From: a virus
Taxonomy: Duplodnaviria; Caudoviricetes
DNA length: 57,157 bases
Virus record (IMG/VR): IMGVR_UViG_3300025133_000125
Span: 1-57,157 of that record
Direction: 5' to 3' (one strand)
The notes under the pieces are model-generated. The model searched no databases. It was given only the letters and a program-made list of their open reading frames with translations, and was not told the DNA's origin. The translations under genes and the position numbers were made by a program. Below are positions 47,278-56,030 of the stretch, one piece after another; the stretch's first letter is position 1; each line of letters opens with the position of its first letter.

Positions 47278-47394
47278 TTATAATAACCATTGTGCAAATT
47301 TATAAATTCCATACCAAAACCCAACGCATATTGTGGGTATTAAAATTAACCAAACAAAAACGTTTGACCAATCTGGTTTTACTTTATTTTTCAT
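47278..47394 (-). CDS. Small membrane peptide (38 aa; track start 47484 probably too long)
   Basis: GAGG SD; [29 protein letters not shown]. Confidence 0.55.
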   Translation of the reverse strand: MKNKVKPDWSNVFVWLILIPTICVGFWYGIYKFAQWLL

Positions 47395-47545
47395 TTTTCT
47401 TGTTCCTCTCGGCTCCAAAAATCTTTTCCCAATTTTCAGCATACTTTGATTGACTTCCGCGTCTTTTATCACCCTTACCAGCATCAGAATATTTTTTTGT
47501 TACCTTTGGTTCCTCTTTTTTTTGTGAAGATTTTTTATCACTCAT
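47384..47545 (-). CDS. Small basic protein (53 aa; not in track)
   Basis: [53 protein letters not shown]; ATGA overlap with the def stop. Confidence 0.65.
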   Translation of the reverse strand: MSDKKSSQKKEEPKVTKKYSDAGKGDKRRGSQSKYAENWEKIFGAERNKKNEK

Positions 47546-48150
47546 AGACAACACTTTTTATATTTCTTACCACTACCACAATGACAAGGTTCGTTACGAC
47601 CAGTTTTCTTTTTACTTACTATTGGTTCTGGTTTATTTTCTCTGTCCATAATAGTTTTACCGTTTAGGTGATCAATCTCATGTTGAATGCAAACTGCTTC
47701 TAATATTCTTTGTTCTTGATCTTGCTTGTGTCTATCTTTTTCCCACGATCCTTTACCTTCTTCACCACTTTCTTCTCCGCTAAAATACCAACCACTTTCT
47801 TCTTGTTCAGTTTTTATTATTACATTTTTATATCGTTTAGTGTGAACACCTTTTTTTGGAAATGATAAACAACCTTCATAATAATCTATCTCATCCCATT
47901 GTTCTTCAATGACAGGATTAATTAAAATAATCGGCTCCCGAACATTAACCACAGCAACAGAAGCATCAATCCCAACTTGATTAGCAGCAAGACCAATGCC
48001 ATCCTTCCGCTCTGCGAGGATAGTGAATAAATCTTTCGCAATATGTAGTCCTTCATCTACTGATACCTTTCGTAGTTTTTTGTTAATGACTGGATTGTCA
48101 TTCTTAAAACAATCTATTACTTCATGTTGATGATATGAAAATCTAGTCAA
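47542..48150 (-). CDS. def: Peptide deformylase with C-terminal SEC-C motif
   Basis: [24 protein letters not shown]; C-terminal [18 protein letters not shown]. Confidence 0.95.
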   Translation of the reverse strand: MTRFSYHQHEVIDCFKNDNPVINKKLRKVSVDEGLHIAKDLFTILAERKDGIGLAANQVGIDASVAVVNVREPIILINPVIEEQWDEIDYYEGCLSFPKKGVHTKRYKNVIIKTEQEESGWYFSGEESGEEGKGSWEKDRHKQDQEQRILEAVCIQHEIDHLNGKTIMDRENKPEPIVSKKKTGRNEPCHCGSGKKYKKCCL

Positions 48151-48153
48151 GTG

Positions 48154-48309
48154 CTATAATACCTCTTGTAAGCTTCCTAAAGATAAGTCAGCCTTTTCAA
48201 TATACAGCTTTGCGTCTTCTTTATCTTTAGCCATGAAGGTGTATCCTTCAGTGGTTGTCCATTTCTTGTAGTTATCAAACTGACCTACTTTCTTTTTTGT
48301 CTTAGACAA
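48154..48309 (-). CDS. Hypothetical protein (51 aa; not in track)
   Basis: GGAGA SD and TTG start; MSKTKKKVGQFDNYKKWTTTEGYTFMAKDKEDAKLY... Confidence 0.55.
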   Translation of the reverse strand: MSKTKKKVGQFDNYKKWTTTEGYTFMAKDKEDAKLYIEKADLSLGSLQEVL

Positions 48310-48664
48310 TGTGAATCTCCTTACCAAGTTTTTCTGCGTACCCTATTGTATTTTCAGTTCCACCTTTTCTATCAGGTGCCACGAATGCGTAAAGTACATC
48401 CACATTCTCTGCAATTTTTTTATTTCTAGCGTAATAAGCTTTTGTAAATTCATATCGTGGACTACCACTCGGTGGTAATTCAGGAAGATATTCAACTATC
48501 TTTAATCCTTTTAATTTGGCATGTTCTGTTGCCCATTTATCTGGGCCTTTGCAACCACCTGATATGACAACAGTATTCTCTGAGAACGTTTCTACAAGTT
48601 CCCAAATATTCCAGTAGTCTCGTCTACGACGACTTCCTACTATCCCTATGGACTTCATGAGCAT
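48302..48664 (-). CDS. SLOG-superfamily (DprA/YspA-like) protein
   Basis: IGIVGSR, VISGGCKGPD, YYARNKKIA, GGTENTI. Confidence 0.8.
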   Translation of the reverse strand: MLMKSIGIVGSRRRRDYWNIWELVETFSENTVVISGGCKGPDKWATEHAKLKGLKIVEYLPELPPSGSPRYEFTKAYYARNKKIAENVDVLYAFVAPDRKGGTENTIGYAEKLGKEIHIV

Positions 48665-48839
48665 AACCTTTTTTAATTAATTTTTCCATACCTTGTAACT
48701 TAGGTTCTACCCCATAGATAACACCATAACAATCTAAACATAATTGTCCAGCACCTTCTACATAACCAAGTCTAAAATCTATATGAGTTTCTTTATCATA
48801 TAGAGAATTTTGTTTACAATTAACACACTTGTCTTTCAT
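48624..48839 (-). CDS. Small zinc-binding protein
   Basis: CVNC...YVEGAGQLCLDC. Confidence 0.65.
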   Translation of the reverse strand: MKDKCVNCKQNSLYDKETHIDFRLGYVEGAGQLCLDCYGVIYGVEPKLQGMEKLIKKGYAHEVHRDSRKSS

Positions 48840-49324
48840 TACTTGACCTTATGATCTAAAAAATCTTTTTGTTTTTTAATTGCTTTTTTCATTTCTTTCT
48901 TTTCTGCAGCAATCTTTAATAGCTTCTTTTTTTCTGCTAATAGTCTTTTTTCTTTATTAACTTTTTGTTTTTCCTTAATAGCAGCAACATCTGTAATTGG
49001 TCTACTACCTTTTAATTCTGGCTGCTCCACACCTTTGTGGTAGACGTTTTGTTCTTTATCCACAAATTCACTCATCCATCTCCACCCACGAGGTTTTCCA
49101 GTTGATGTATATGTTCCACCTGTAACCCCAAATAATTTTAATTTTTCTTTTTCACTTAGTAAATTTATGCACTTACACATAACACATCTAGAACAAGTTA
49201 CGCCTGTTGCAGAATCATCAACACGCTCTTCATGACCACACCCTGGTGTGATACACAGTGTCATTATTAATGTTGTATCAGGATCGAAATCCCTTTTTGA
49301 TTTAACTGATCTTTTTCTTCCCAT
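48839..49324 (-). CDS. Zinc-finger hypothetical protein
   Basis: CITPGC..CSRC; GKPRGWRWM; basic tail. Confidence 0.65.
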   Translation of the reverse strand: MGRKRSVKSKRDFDPDTTLIMTLCITPGCGHEERVDDSATGVTCSRCVMCKCINLLSEKEKLKLFGVTGGTYTSTGKPRGWRWMSEFVDKEQNVYHKGVEQPELKGSRPITDVAAIKEKQKVNKEKRLLAEKKKLLKIAAEKKEMKKAIKKQKDFLDHKVK

Positions 49325-49466
49325 AAAATATTAGTTGTAAATTTTTATTAAGTATTGCTAAGGCAATTGCTATAACACAATCCTCGTAAGGTAGCGCATC
49401 TGGATAATAGAAGTTCCATAAAACTATTAGTAAAAACCAAATTACCCAAGATAAGTATTGTCTCAT
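49302..49466 (-). CDS. Small membrane protein (54 aa; not in track)
   Basis: MRQYLSWVIWFLLIVLWNFYYPDALPYEDCVIAIALAIL...; directly after the promoter at 49482-49516. Confidence 0.55.
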   Translation of the reverse strand: MRQYLSWVIWFLLIVLWNFYYPDALPYEDCVIAIALAILNKNLQLIFYGKKKIS

Positions 49467-49481
49467 AATGATTTTCCATAT

Positions 49482-49516
49482 TAGAACTTAACAACGTTTT
49501 GCTATACGCGTAAAGG
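49482..49516 (-). promoter_or_regulatory. Putative sigma70-like early promoter
   Basis: A-tract-CCTTTACG-N18-TAAGTT-CTA. Confidence 0.6.
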
Positions 49517-49532
49517 TTTTTTTTTAATTATT

Positions 49533-50414
49533 TTAATCCAGACCAATTCCGCCCTTTTCTAGTTCATTTAAACTATCATCTATTTCTTTAGATTCGTCTG
49601 TTTGTAGATTCTTGTCTTTGTAAAACTCCCACCATTTTTGTGAAGATTCTTTATCTAAATCAGAAATATTCGCTTCAGTCCAATCTCCACTTTCTTCTTC
49701 TTTCTTTCCTGATGCTAATTCAAATGCCATATTAGCCGCAATGACAAGGGATACAGCTAATGGGTCAAATACAAATATTAGTATGAATATAAACCACTTA
49801 ACAACATTATCTATTTCAGTATTAAATACTCTAGCTAAATAAATAGCTGGACCAACATCTACGCCTGTTTCAACTAATGCTGTTTTTAAATCACCAATCT
49901 CTTGTTTAGTGTCCAATGTTGCCTGATTAATATCGTTAATCTGCGGTTGATATTCATCTCTTAACTTACTTTTTGCAGTTCTATAATTTTCAGGTAGTTC
50001 TGATATTGCTCTTTTTAATTCATCTTTTAAAAATTGCTTATCCTCTGCTAATTGCTTAAGTTTATCTTCTTTGAACATTAGTATAGTAGATTGTTTTTCA
50101 AATACCGTTGTTGCGCCCTGGTAGGCATTAGATAGATAACCAAATATCCCAGCTGACGTTATTAGAATTAGAATAATTGTGCCGACGAGCAAATAGTTCT
50201 TCAGAAACGTGGGCACTTTGTCCCAGTATCTATAAAGAAAAGACGCTGTTACTAACTTTGCAAACTCAAGGCTTCCTGCCATGATTACTACAGACGACTG
50301 TGCGCCGGCAAATAATTTTGATAGACCAAATACAGAAAAGAAGGCTGCACTAAATGCTACTAATCCAGCACTTAAAGCAACAATATATGGAAATAATTTC
50401 GAAGTTTTATTCAT
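49533..50414 (-). CDS. Multi-TM membrane protein with a long coiled coil
   Basis: Three N-terminal TMs, coiled coil, then TM WFIFILIFVFDPLAV. Confidence 0.75.
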   Translation of the reverse strand: MNKTSKLFPYIVALSAGLVAFSAAFFSVFGLSKLFAGAQSSVVIMAGSLEFAKLVTASFLYRYWDKVPTFLKNYLLVGTIILILITSAGIFGYLSNAYQGATTVFEKQSTILMFKEDKLKQLAEDKQFLKDELKRAISELPENYRTAKSKLRDEYQPQINDINQATLDTKQEIGDLKTALVETGVDVGPAIYLARVFNTEIDNVVKWFIFILIFVFDPLAVSLVIAANMAFELASGKKEEESGDWTEANISDLDKESSQKWWEFYKDKNLQTDESKEIDDSLNELEKGGIGLD

Positions 50415-50418
50415 GATA

Positions 50419-50601
50419 TTAAATATCTGTATATTCTGCAGTGATTACCTTATTACAAAAGTAATACTCGTCACCATTTCTCAATACATTATCAGCATTC
50501 CACCGTTGTTTCCACACTTCTATCCCTTCTTTACTAACTGAGGAGACTTTCATTTTTCCTCTTAGAGTATACCTGTCATCTCCGACACTAATTATTTTCA
50601 C
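50419..50601 (-). CDS. Hypothetical protein
   Basis: Closely packed ORF. Confidence 0.6.
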   Translation of the reverse strand: MKIISVGDDRYTLRGKMKVSSVSKEGIEVWKQRWNADNVLRNGDEYYFCNKVITAEYTDI

Positions 50602-50776
50602 TTAAATATTTTTTATATAAAGTGTCAATATCTTTTTTTGTATGTTGCGAATCTTGTTTTTTAAAAGCCTTATCACGTGACATGTAAGTTAATGGAACAT
50701 CAGCTAATGATGGTGGTCTTCCCCACTCATCACACATTACAGTTTGATTTAACCACTGTTTTTTTGTTAACGGCAC
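50588..50776 (-). CDS. Hypothetical protein
   Basis: AGGAGG SD; DEWGRPPSLADVP. Confidence 0.65.
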   Translation of the reverse strand: MPLTKKQWLNQTVMCDEWGRPPSLADVPLTYMSRDKAFKKQDSQHTKKDIDTLYKKYLSENN

Positions 50777-50797
50777 ATTTGCCTCCTATTAAAATTT

Positions 50798-50882
50798 ATA
50801 AAATAGGGCTCTGTCGTTTTTTAAGTCGTTATATAGTGGAGACTAAAAATCGGTTGAGCCTTAGCTCCGAACCCTATTTTAT
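50798..50882 (-). other. Intergenic three-way-junction RNA structure
   Basis: P1 AUAAAAUAGGGUUC/GAGCCCUAUUUUAU (14 bp, one G.U); P2 GAGC-UAAG-GCUC; P3 UUUUUAGUC/GACUUAAAAA. Confidence 0.5.
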
Positions 50883-50898
50883 TTATTCTGTAACTAAC

Positions 50899-51381
50899 CT
50901 ATGATATTTTCACAAAGGTTCTTTTTGGTTTTTCAGGTTCTATCTTTGGTATATCAATAGACAAAATACCATCTTTAAACCTGGCTTTGATATTGTCACC
51001 GTCTAAAGATTCACCTAGCGTAAACCTACGCTCGAAAGCTGAGTGCTTGAGTTCCTTACGAATTACAGTCGCACCTTCTTCCATAGCTCTTCCTATAGCA
51101 CCGTGTTTTGTACCCTTTATTGTCAATACTCCGTCTTCAACATCAACTGTAAGATCTTCTTTTGCAATACCTGGGATTTCAGCAACTACGCCAACTAAAT
51201 CATCTTTCTCGTATACGTTGACTTTTGGATATGCAGAACCTTCAAAAGGTTTTACACCAACTTCGCTCATAAAATCTGGGAAGTTGTTTTCAAATAACCT
51301 ATCAAATAGGTGATCGAAAGGGGTTAAAAAGTTTTCTCTTGAAATTGTTGGAAAACCTTGTTTTCTGACTACTAAGCTCAT
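50899..51381 (-). CDS. Small heat-shock protein (Hsp20/alpha-crystallin)
   Basis: PKVNVYE, AEIPGIAKEDL, LTIKG, FERRFTL, ARFKDGILSIDIPK. Confidence 0.95.
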   Translation of the reverse strand: MSLVVRKQGFPTISRENFLTPFDHLFDRLFENNFPDFMSEVGVKPFEGSAYPKVNVYEKDDLVGVVAEIPGIAKEDLTVDVEDGVLTIKGTKHGAIGRAMEEGATVIRKELKHSAFERRFTLGESLDGDNIKARFKDGILSIDIPKIEPEKPKRTFVKIS

Positions 51382-51457
51382 TTTATTTCTCCTTTATTGT
51401 TATTCTATGAACTAACTTATGAGTACCCAACCAATATGGCGTACTCTAGTACTATAC

Positions 51458-51519
51458 TGAAAAAACTGTGCCAAAGCTCTTTTTATGACAAATTGACACC
51501 GCCGTATGACAGTATGACA
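51458..51519 (-). promoter_or_regulatory. sigma54-like promoter with four upstream TGTCA boxes
   Basis: TGGCAC-AGTTT-TTTCA at 51473-51458; TGTCA boxes at + coordinates 51486, 51494, 51507, 51515. Confidence 0.55.
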
Positions 51520-51522
51520 TAA

Positions 51523-51807
51523 CTATCTAAGTTCTATATTAAAACAATGGGCTACTTTTCTTACTAGTGGATCCCATTTATTATTATTAATTTTATCTAA
51601 AAGTCTAGCTGCTTCTGCTCTATTAACAGGTTTAGACACTACACCACTCTTCCACACTATAGATGGGGTATCACTTTTACTACATTCTTCTAGTATTTTT
51701 AAAACATCTTTAAATCCTAGATATGCTTGTAAATTAGGTGCTAAACCATTTGTCTGTTCTGCTAAAAGAAGAAATCTAGCGTAGCCTGATAATTGATTGT
51801 ACTTCAT
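51523..51807 (-). CDS. Hypothetical protein
   Basis: GAGG SD; ATGA overlap. Confidence 0.6.
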   Translation of the reverse strand: MKYNQLSGYARFLLLAEQTNGLAPNLQAYLGFKDVLKILEECSKSDTPSIVWKSGVVSKPVNRAEAARLLDKINNNKWDPLVRKVAHCFNIELR

Positions 51808-52085
51808 CTATTATTCCTCAATGAGTCAAGTTGCATTTTATATTTCAACTCTTCTATTTCCTGATCTCTTTTCATTAATTCTATTTCAGCTGATATTGCT
51901 GTAATGTTTGTTTGCTTTTTCATTGCTTCTTCAAGATTTGTTATTCTATTTTCCATTGTAATCCAGCCGTAAATTCCTGCTCCAAGCAGAGAAAGCATAT
52001 TAACAATAAATTTTATATTAGACATTAGCCCAATTTTTTTAACCTTCTGATTACTAATTACATCGTATATGTCTTGATATTCCAT
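51804..52085 (-). CDS. Single-TM + coiled-coil protein
   Basis: FIVNMLSLLGAGIYGWI followed by a heptad pattern. Confidence 0.65.
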   Translation of the reverse strand: MEYQDIYDVISNQKVKKIGLMSNIKFIVNMLSLLGAGIYGWITMENRITNLEEAMKKQTNITAISAEIELMKRDQEIEELKYKMQLDSLRNNR

Positions 52086-52444
52086 TATTTAACTGGTAAG
52101 TTTGCAAATTGTAGCATAATAATTGCTATAGCTAAAACTACTGATATAATTGTGTGCCACCCTGGTAATTCACCTAATATTGCCCACGTCATTATTCCAA
52201 AGATTACTGTCCCAAAGCCAAAACCAATCATTCTAATATTCCATACTGCACCACCAAAATAATGATATGATAGTAATGCTGCCTTCCATAACATCCATCC
52301 AATTGGTATACCTAGCACAATTATAACCCAATCTTTCGATAGCCAATTATGCCAGCTACCAACCATAAACTGTCCTTGTATTTGAAACCACGCTATAACA
52401 TTAGCAAAAAATAATAATGTAAATAATTCTACTAATGTATTCAT
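52085..52444 (-). CDS. Four-TM membrane protein (DMT/SMR-like)
   Basis: Four hydrophobic helices; W..LGE motif before the last helix. Confidence 0.6.
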   Translation of the reverse strand: MNTLVELFTLLFFANVIAWFQIQGQFMVGSWHNWLSKDWVIIVLGIPIGWMLWKAALLSYHYFGGAVWNIRMIGFGFGTVIFGIMTWAILGELPGWHTIISVVLAIAIIMLQFANLPVK

Positions 52445-52779
52445 ATGCCCAGATAGTCCTCTGGATCATGATCACTTTCTTTATTAATTTTTTCCTCTCT
52501 ATCTCTATTAGCTAAGTCAATTTTTTCCATTTCTTCATGTGTAAGACCATCACCAAATTCTGTATTATACGGATAATCTGGTTCATCATCCCAATTCATA
52601 GGCTTATCTTTGTCTGATTCATCTATGTCTTGTGCGATATCATCCCATTCAATAACATTACCTGTTATACTATAAGATACGTAATTAATAACTGATTTTA
52701 ATAATTCTGCTAGATGATAAATTAAAGGTTTACGTTTAATGTCCTTACCTATAATTAAGGGTTTGCGCTTTTGAGACAC
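52441..52779 (-). CDS. Hypothetical acidic protein
   Basis: GTG start; coupled ORF. Confidence 0.55.
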   Translation of the reverse strand: MSQKRKPLIIGKDIKRKPLIYHLAELLKSVINYVSYSITGNVIEWDDIAQDIDESDKDKPMNWDDEPDYPYNTEFGDGLTHEEMEKIDLANRDREEKINKESDHDPEDYLGI

Positions 52780-53372
52780 TATAGCTTTACCTCTATGCCT
52801 ATTTTACCTTTGTAAAATTCTTTACCTTGAAGCCTAGACACTTCACCTAAATTGTATAACCTAATTTTATCAGTTATTTTCCAACTGATTTTAAACTTAT
52901 CTTCATATTCAAATGTAGTATTTTCTCCACTCTCGTCTGGTGGCATATAACCATCGAATGTAACTTCAATATCTACTTTTTCCCAGTATGTTTTCTTTTT
53001 AGATATACCAATAGATGCGAATGTTTCAAAGTTCTGACTAAATACATTTTCATCATCGTTACGACTAGTAAATCCGTAAGTAATATTTTTCCATTGTCTT
53101 CTCCAGTCCATCTTAAAGTATCGTACTTCTTGACTTTCTTTATTCATATACTCTGGTTTGAAATATACCTTACCGCCTTCTAACTTAGCCCAAAACAAAT
53201 CATCTATGTAAAACTCCCCAAGTTCTCTTTCCCATTGACGATTAAAATAATAGTTGTTATGACTTATACCAACACTAACTTCATAGTCATCTGGGTTTGG
53301 TTGAACATTTGGTGTTCTTAACGCAAATGAACTAAATAACATTGCTCCCGCTAATAAACTATCTAATACCAT
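52779..53372 (-). CDS. Putative outer-membrane beta-barrel protein
   Basis: Likely start 53372 (GAAGGTG SD); signal-like MVLDSLLAGAMLFSSFA; alternating strands; ends YKGKIGIEVKL. Confidence 0.55.
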   Translation of the reverse strand: MVLDSLLAGAMLFSSFALRTPNVQPNPDDYEVSVGISHNNYYFNRQWERELGEFYIDDLFWAKLEGGKVYFKPEYMNKESQEVRYFKMDWRRQWKNITYGFTSRNDDENVFSQNFETFASIGISKKKTYWEKVDIEVTFDGYMPPDESGENTTFEYEDKFKISWKITDKIRLYNLGEVSRLQGKEFYKGKIGIEVKL

Positions 53373-54135
53373 TTTCACCTTCTGTATACTCAAGTAAGTT
53401 GTCTGCGTACCCTGTAATACTGTGATCTGATAGACCATCGAAGTAATCCTTATTCTTAAAGCCGCTCCATCTACCAGCTAGTCTGTCTAATGTTCTACGC
53501 CATATATTTGTGCCAAGCTCAACAGTACCTTTAGAGTTAATATAACGCAGCTCACCGTGGTGCCTATAGCCCCAATGGTAGAACGGCATCTTGGTTACAT
53601 CATCAGAGTTATTAACAAACCTGTAGTGTGGTACGTCTAAGCTCTTCTTGAACGATTCGTTGCCTACTCGAGGTGAACCATACGTGTATAGTCCGTTAAC
53701 ATTCCATCCAGCCGTTTTCAATCTAGCCGCAACTATAGTAGCCATCGATGCTCCAAGTGAGTGACCAGTAACGATTAACTTTCTATCCTTACATTGCTTT
53801 AATACATAGTCTCGTATATGTGACCAAAGCTTATCAACTTCCTTTTCAAACCCCTTGTGCACTTTACCATAAGAATACTTAGCCTCTACAGAATCAACAT
53901 TCAAATCGGCTTTAATATCGGACCATGATTTAACTTCCGTACCTCTGAATGATAATACGAACCATTCATTATCATATGCTGCATGAGCTTGTGCTCCACT
54001 CTTATCAAAGTACTTGTGTCTATTGAACCCTAAACCCTTATACAGTGGCTTAGCCTCCTTACCATTCATATAGGCAGCTTCCGAACACTTTGCCATTATC
54101 CAACCAAACGATTCTCTTTTTATTCCTTTATCCAT
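53359..54135 (-). CDS. Lipase, class 3 family
   Basis: LSFRGTE, VHKGF, VTGHSLGA, YTYGSPRVGN, RFVNNSDDVTKMP, DHSI. Confidence 0.92.
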   Translation of the reverse strand: MDKGIKRESFGWIMAKCSEAAYMNGKEAKPLYKGLGFNRHKYFDKSGAQAHAAYDNEWFVLSFRGTEVKSWSDIKADLNVDSVEAKYSYGKVHKGFEKEVDKLWSHIRDYVLKQCKDRKLIVTGHSLGASMATIVAARLKTAGWNVNGLYTYGSPRVGNESFKKSLDVPHYRFVNNSDDVTKMPFYHWGYRHHGELRYINSKGTVELGTNIWRRTLDRLAGRWSGFKNKDYFDGLSDHSITGYADNLLEYTEGENGIR

Positions 54136-54321
54136 TTACTTTCTCCGTGCTGTGGATTTTCTTTTTGCTTTGACATTTTTTGGTACTTTTTTTATTTGTT
54201 CTCTGCGTTCATTGCCTGATCTTTTGTCAACGACCATTGTTATAGTTCCCCAATGATCATTGTTATAGCCTATGAAAGATGTAACATCTTCAATTGCCTT
54301 CATGAACTTATCTATGCTCAT
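54136..54321 (-). CDS. Hypothetical basic protein
   Basis: AAGGAG SD. Confidence 0.6.
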   Translation of the reverse strand: MSIDKFMKAIEDVTSFIGYNNDHWGTITMVVDKRSGNERREQIKKVPKNVKAKRKSTARRK

Positions 54322-54390
54322 TTTATTATCTCCTTTAAATATTGTATATATTATATATATCTTGTAAAAGTGCCTTATTTATGATTTTTA

Positions 54391-55707
54391 TTAAGTCACT
54401 CTGATACCTTCTTCATAAACTGTTTTACAAACAGGAAACCTAAGTGAGTACTTGCCTGTCTTATCCTGCGACTCTTCAAAGTACTGTACAGTAATTTCCT
54501 TACCTATAATTAATTCAGGAAACATAAAGTATTTTTGTCTTTGACCTATTGTAAATCCTGAGCCAACTGATACTGGATTTCCCTTATGCTCAATAATGAC
54601 ATTAGTCATTGTCTCAATAGTTGCTTCTAATCCTGTGCCAGGATCTATAATACGAAATGGTCCGTACTCTACGTCCTGTACAACGTATTCCTCATCATGC
54701 ATCTTCTTCACCTTGAGTAAATCGTTAGTTCTTTTACCCTTATACGGTGCATCTTTACGAATCATGATTCCTTCCCAACCGTTCTTAGTAGCAGATTCTA
54801 ACAGTGCGTATACGTGATCTTCATCAATAACGGGTTGCATTGTTAATCCTACAATTCCTACGCTTGGAATATTCCATTCACATATATTAGCTAATCTGTC
54901 TTTGAAAGTAATGGTACTTTCGCCACTATCAAATGCTTCAATTGTTAGCATATCAAATATCTTTAATACAGGGCTATCAATTGTGTGATCTTTACGACGA
55001 ACCTCTTTGATGATCGATTGAAAATCTTCATCACCGTTTTCATCAACAATACATAGTTCACCGTCCAAGACAACATTGTCATAGACCATATTCTCTTTAA
55101 GCGCAGTTTTTAAATTATCTAATGTGTGGAATTCTTTACCTGATCTAGAGAAGAACTTTATATCACCATCTTCAATACGAACAATAACACGAACACCATC
55201 AAGCTTACGTGACCAGAACCATTCATCATTCCAATCAATTCTATGCGCAACATCTTCAAATTTAGAAGCAAGTGCAACATTGAATGATGGAATCAAATCA
55301 GGCATAACACGATTAATTAATCTGGTATCAACGCGTGCCTTAAGGCTACGTTCGAATATAAGCTCTACTAGCCAGTGATACTCTAGAGGAAGCTGTGCTA
55401 AATAACCATTAACAGTACCGATTGCATCGTGTCCTGTAATACTTCTTTCTTTAAGCATATCTAATAATGTAAAAATATCACCAGTGTATTCTTGTACAAG
55501 ATCAGATCTTTTCTTAATATTTTTCCAAGACACAAAATACTGAAAATATGGGTTGTACATATAATGAAGCAAAGACTTAAGTTCAGAATTATTTCTAACA
55601 GGTTCTAAACATTCCATCTTGTCATTAGTAGAATTTGATGTCTGCAAGTTAATAACCAACTCCATCATATCTTCATAGAAGGGTGAATCTGAATGTTTAT
55701 ACTTCAT
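54391..55707 (-). CDS. ATP-dependent DNA ligase
   Basis: KLDGVR, FSRSGK, LDGEL, IFDML, WEGIMIR, LLKVK, VGSGF, SLRFP. Confidence 0.95.
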   Translation of the reverse strand: MKYKHSDSPFYEDMMELVINLQTSNSTNDKMECLEPVRNNSELKSLLHYMYNPYFQYFVSWKNIKKRSDLVQEYTGDIFTLLDMLKERSITGHDAIGTVNGYLAQLPLEYHWLVELIFERSLKARVDTRLINRVMPDLIPSFNVALASKFEDVAHRIDWNDEWFWSRKLDGVRVIVRIEDGDIKFFSRSGKEFHTLDNLKTALKENMVYDNVVLDGELCIVDENGDEDFQSIIKEVRRKDHTIDSPVLKIFDMLTIEAFDSGESTITFKDRLANICEWNIPSVGIVGLTMQPVIDEDHVYALLESATKNGWEGIMIRKDAPYKGKRTNDLLKVKKMHDEEYVVQDVEYGPFRIIDPGTGLEATIETMTNVIIEHKGNPVSVGSGFTIGQRQKYFMFPELIIGKEITVQYFEESQDKTGKYSLRFPVCKTVYEEGIRVT

Positions 55708-56029
55708 TTAATTTTCCCCACATAAGTAAATCTGTTACTAATTTATCATCCATATCTGTCCACTCTAGGGTATCTTTTTGCCACCAGTAAAGCTCACCTG
55801 ACATTGTATCATAAATTTCTACTATGTTTAGCTCATCATCTTCATCTTCAAATCGAATAGTAAAATTAGTAGGATACTCATCATTCTTAATTCTCCAATC
55901 TACTTCATCTATGAAGCCACAATTTTTAATTAAGTCACCAAGCTTGACATCCCTAATTCTTTCTTTACTATCATTGTCAGAATAGCTTTCTCCAACAATG
56001 TAGTCATGTGATAAAATTACTTCTTTCAT
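55697..56029 (-). CDS. Hypothetical protein
   Basis: Closely packed ORF. Confidence 0.6.
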   Translation of the reverse strand: MKEVILSHDYIVGESYSDNDSKERIRDVKLGDLIKNCGFIDEVDWRIKNDEYPTNFTIRFEDEDDELNIVEIYDTMSGELYWWQKDTLEWTDMDDKLVTDLLMWGKLNEV

Positions 56030-56030
56030 A

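Noticed and set aside
54136-54321. DKRSGNERR as a PilZ-like c-di-GMP motif
   Set aside because: Too short and degenerate, with no accompanying D/NxSxxG or barrel domain.
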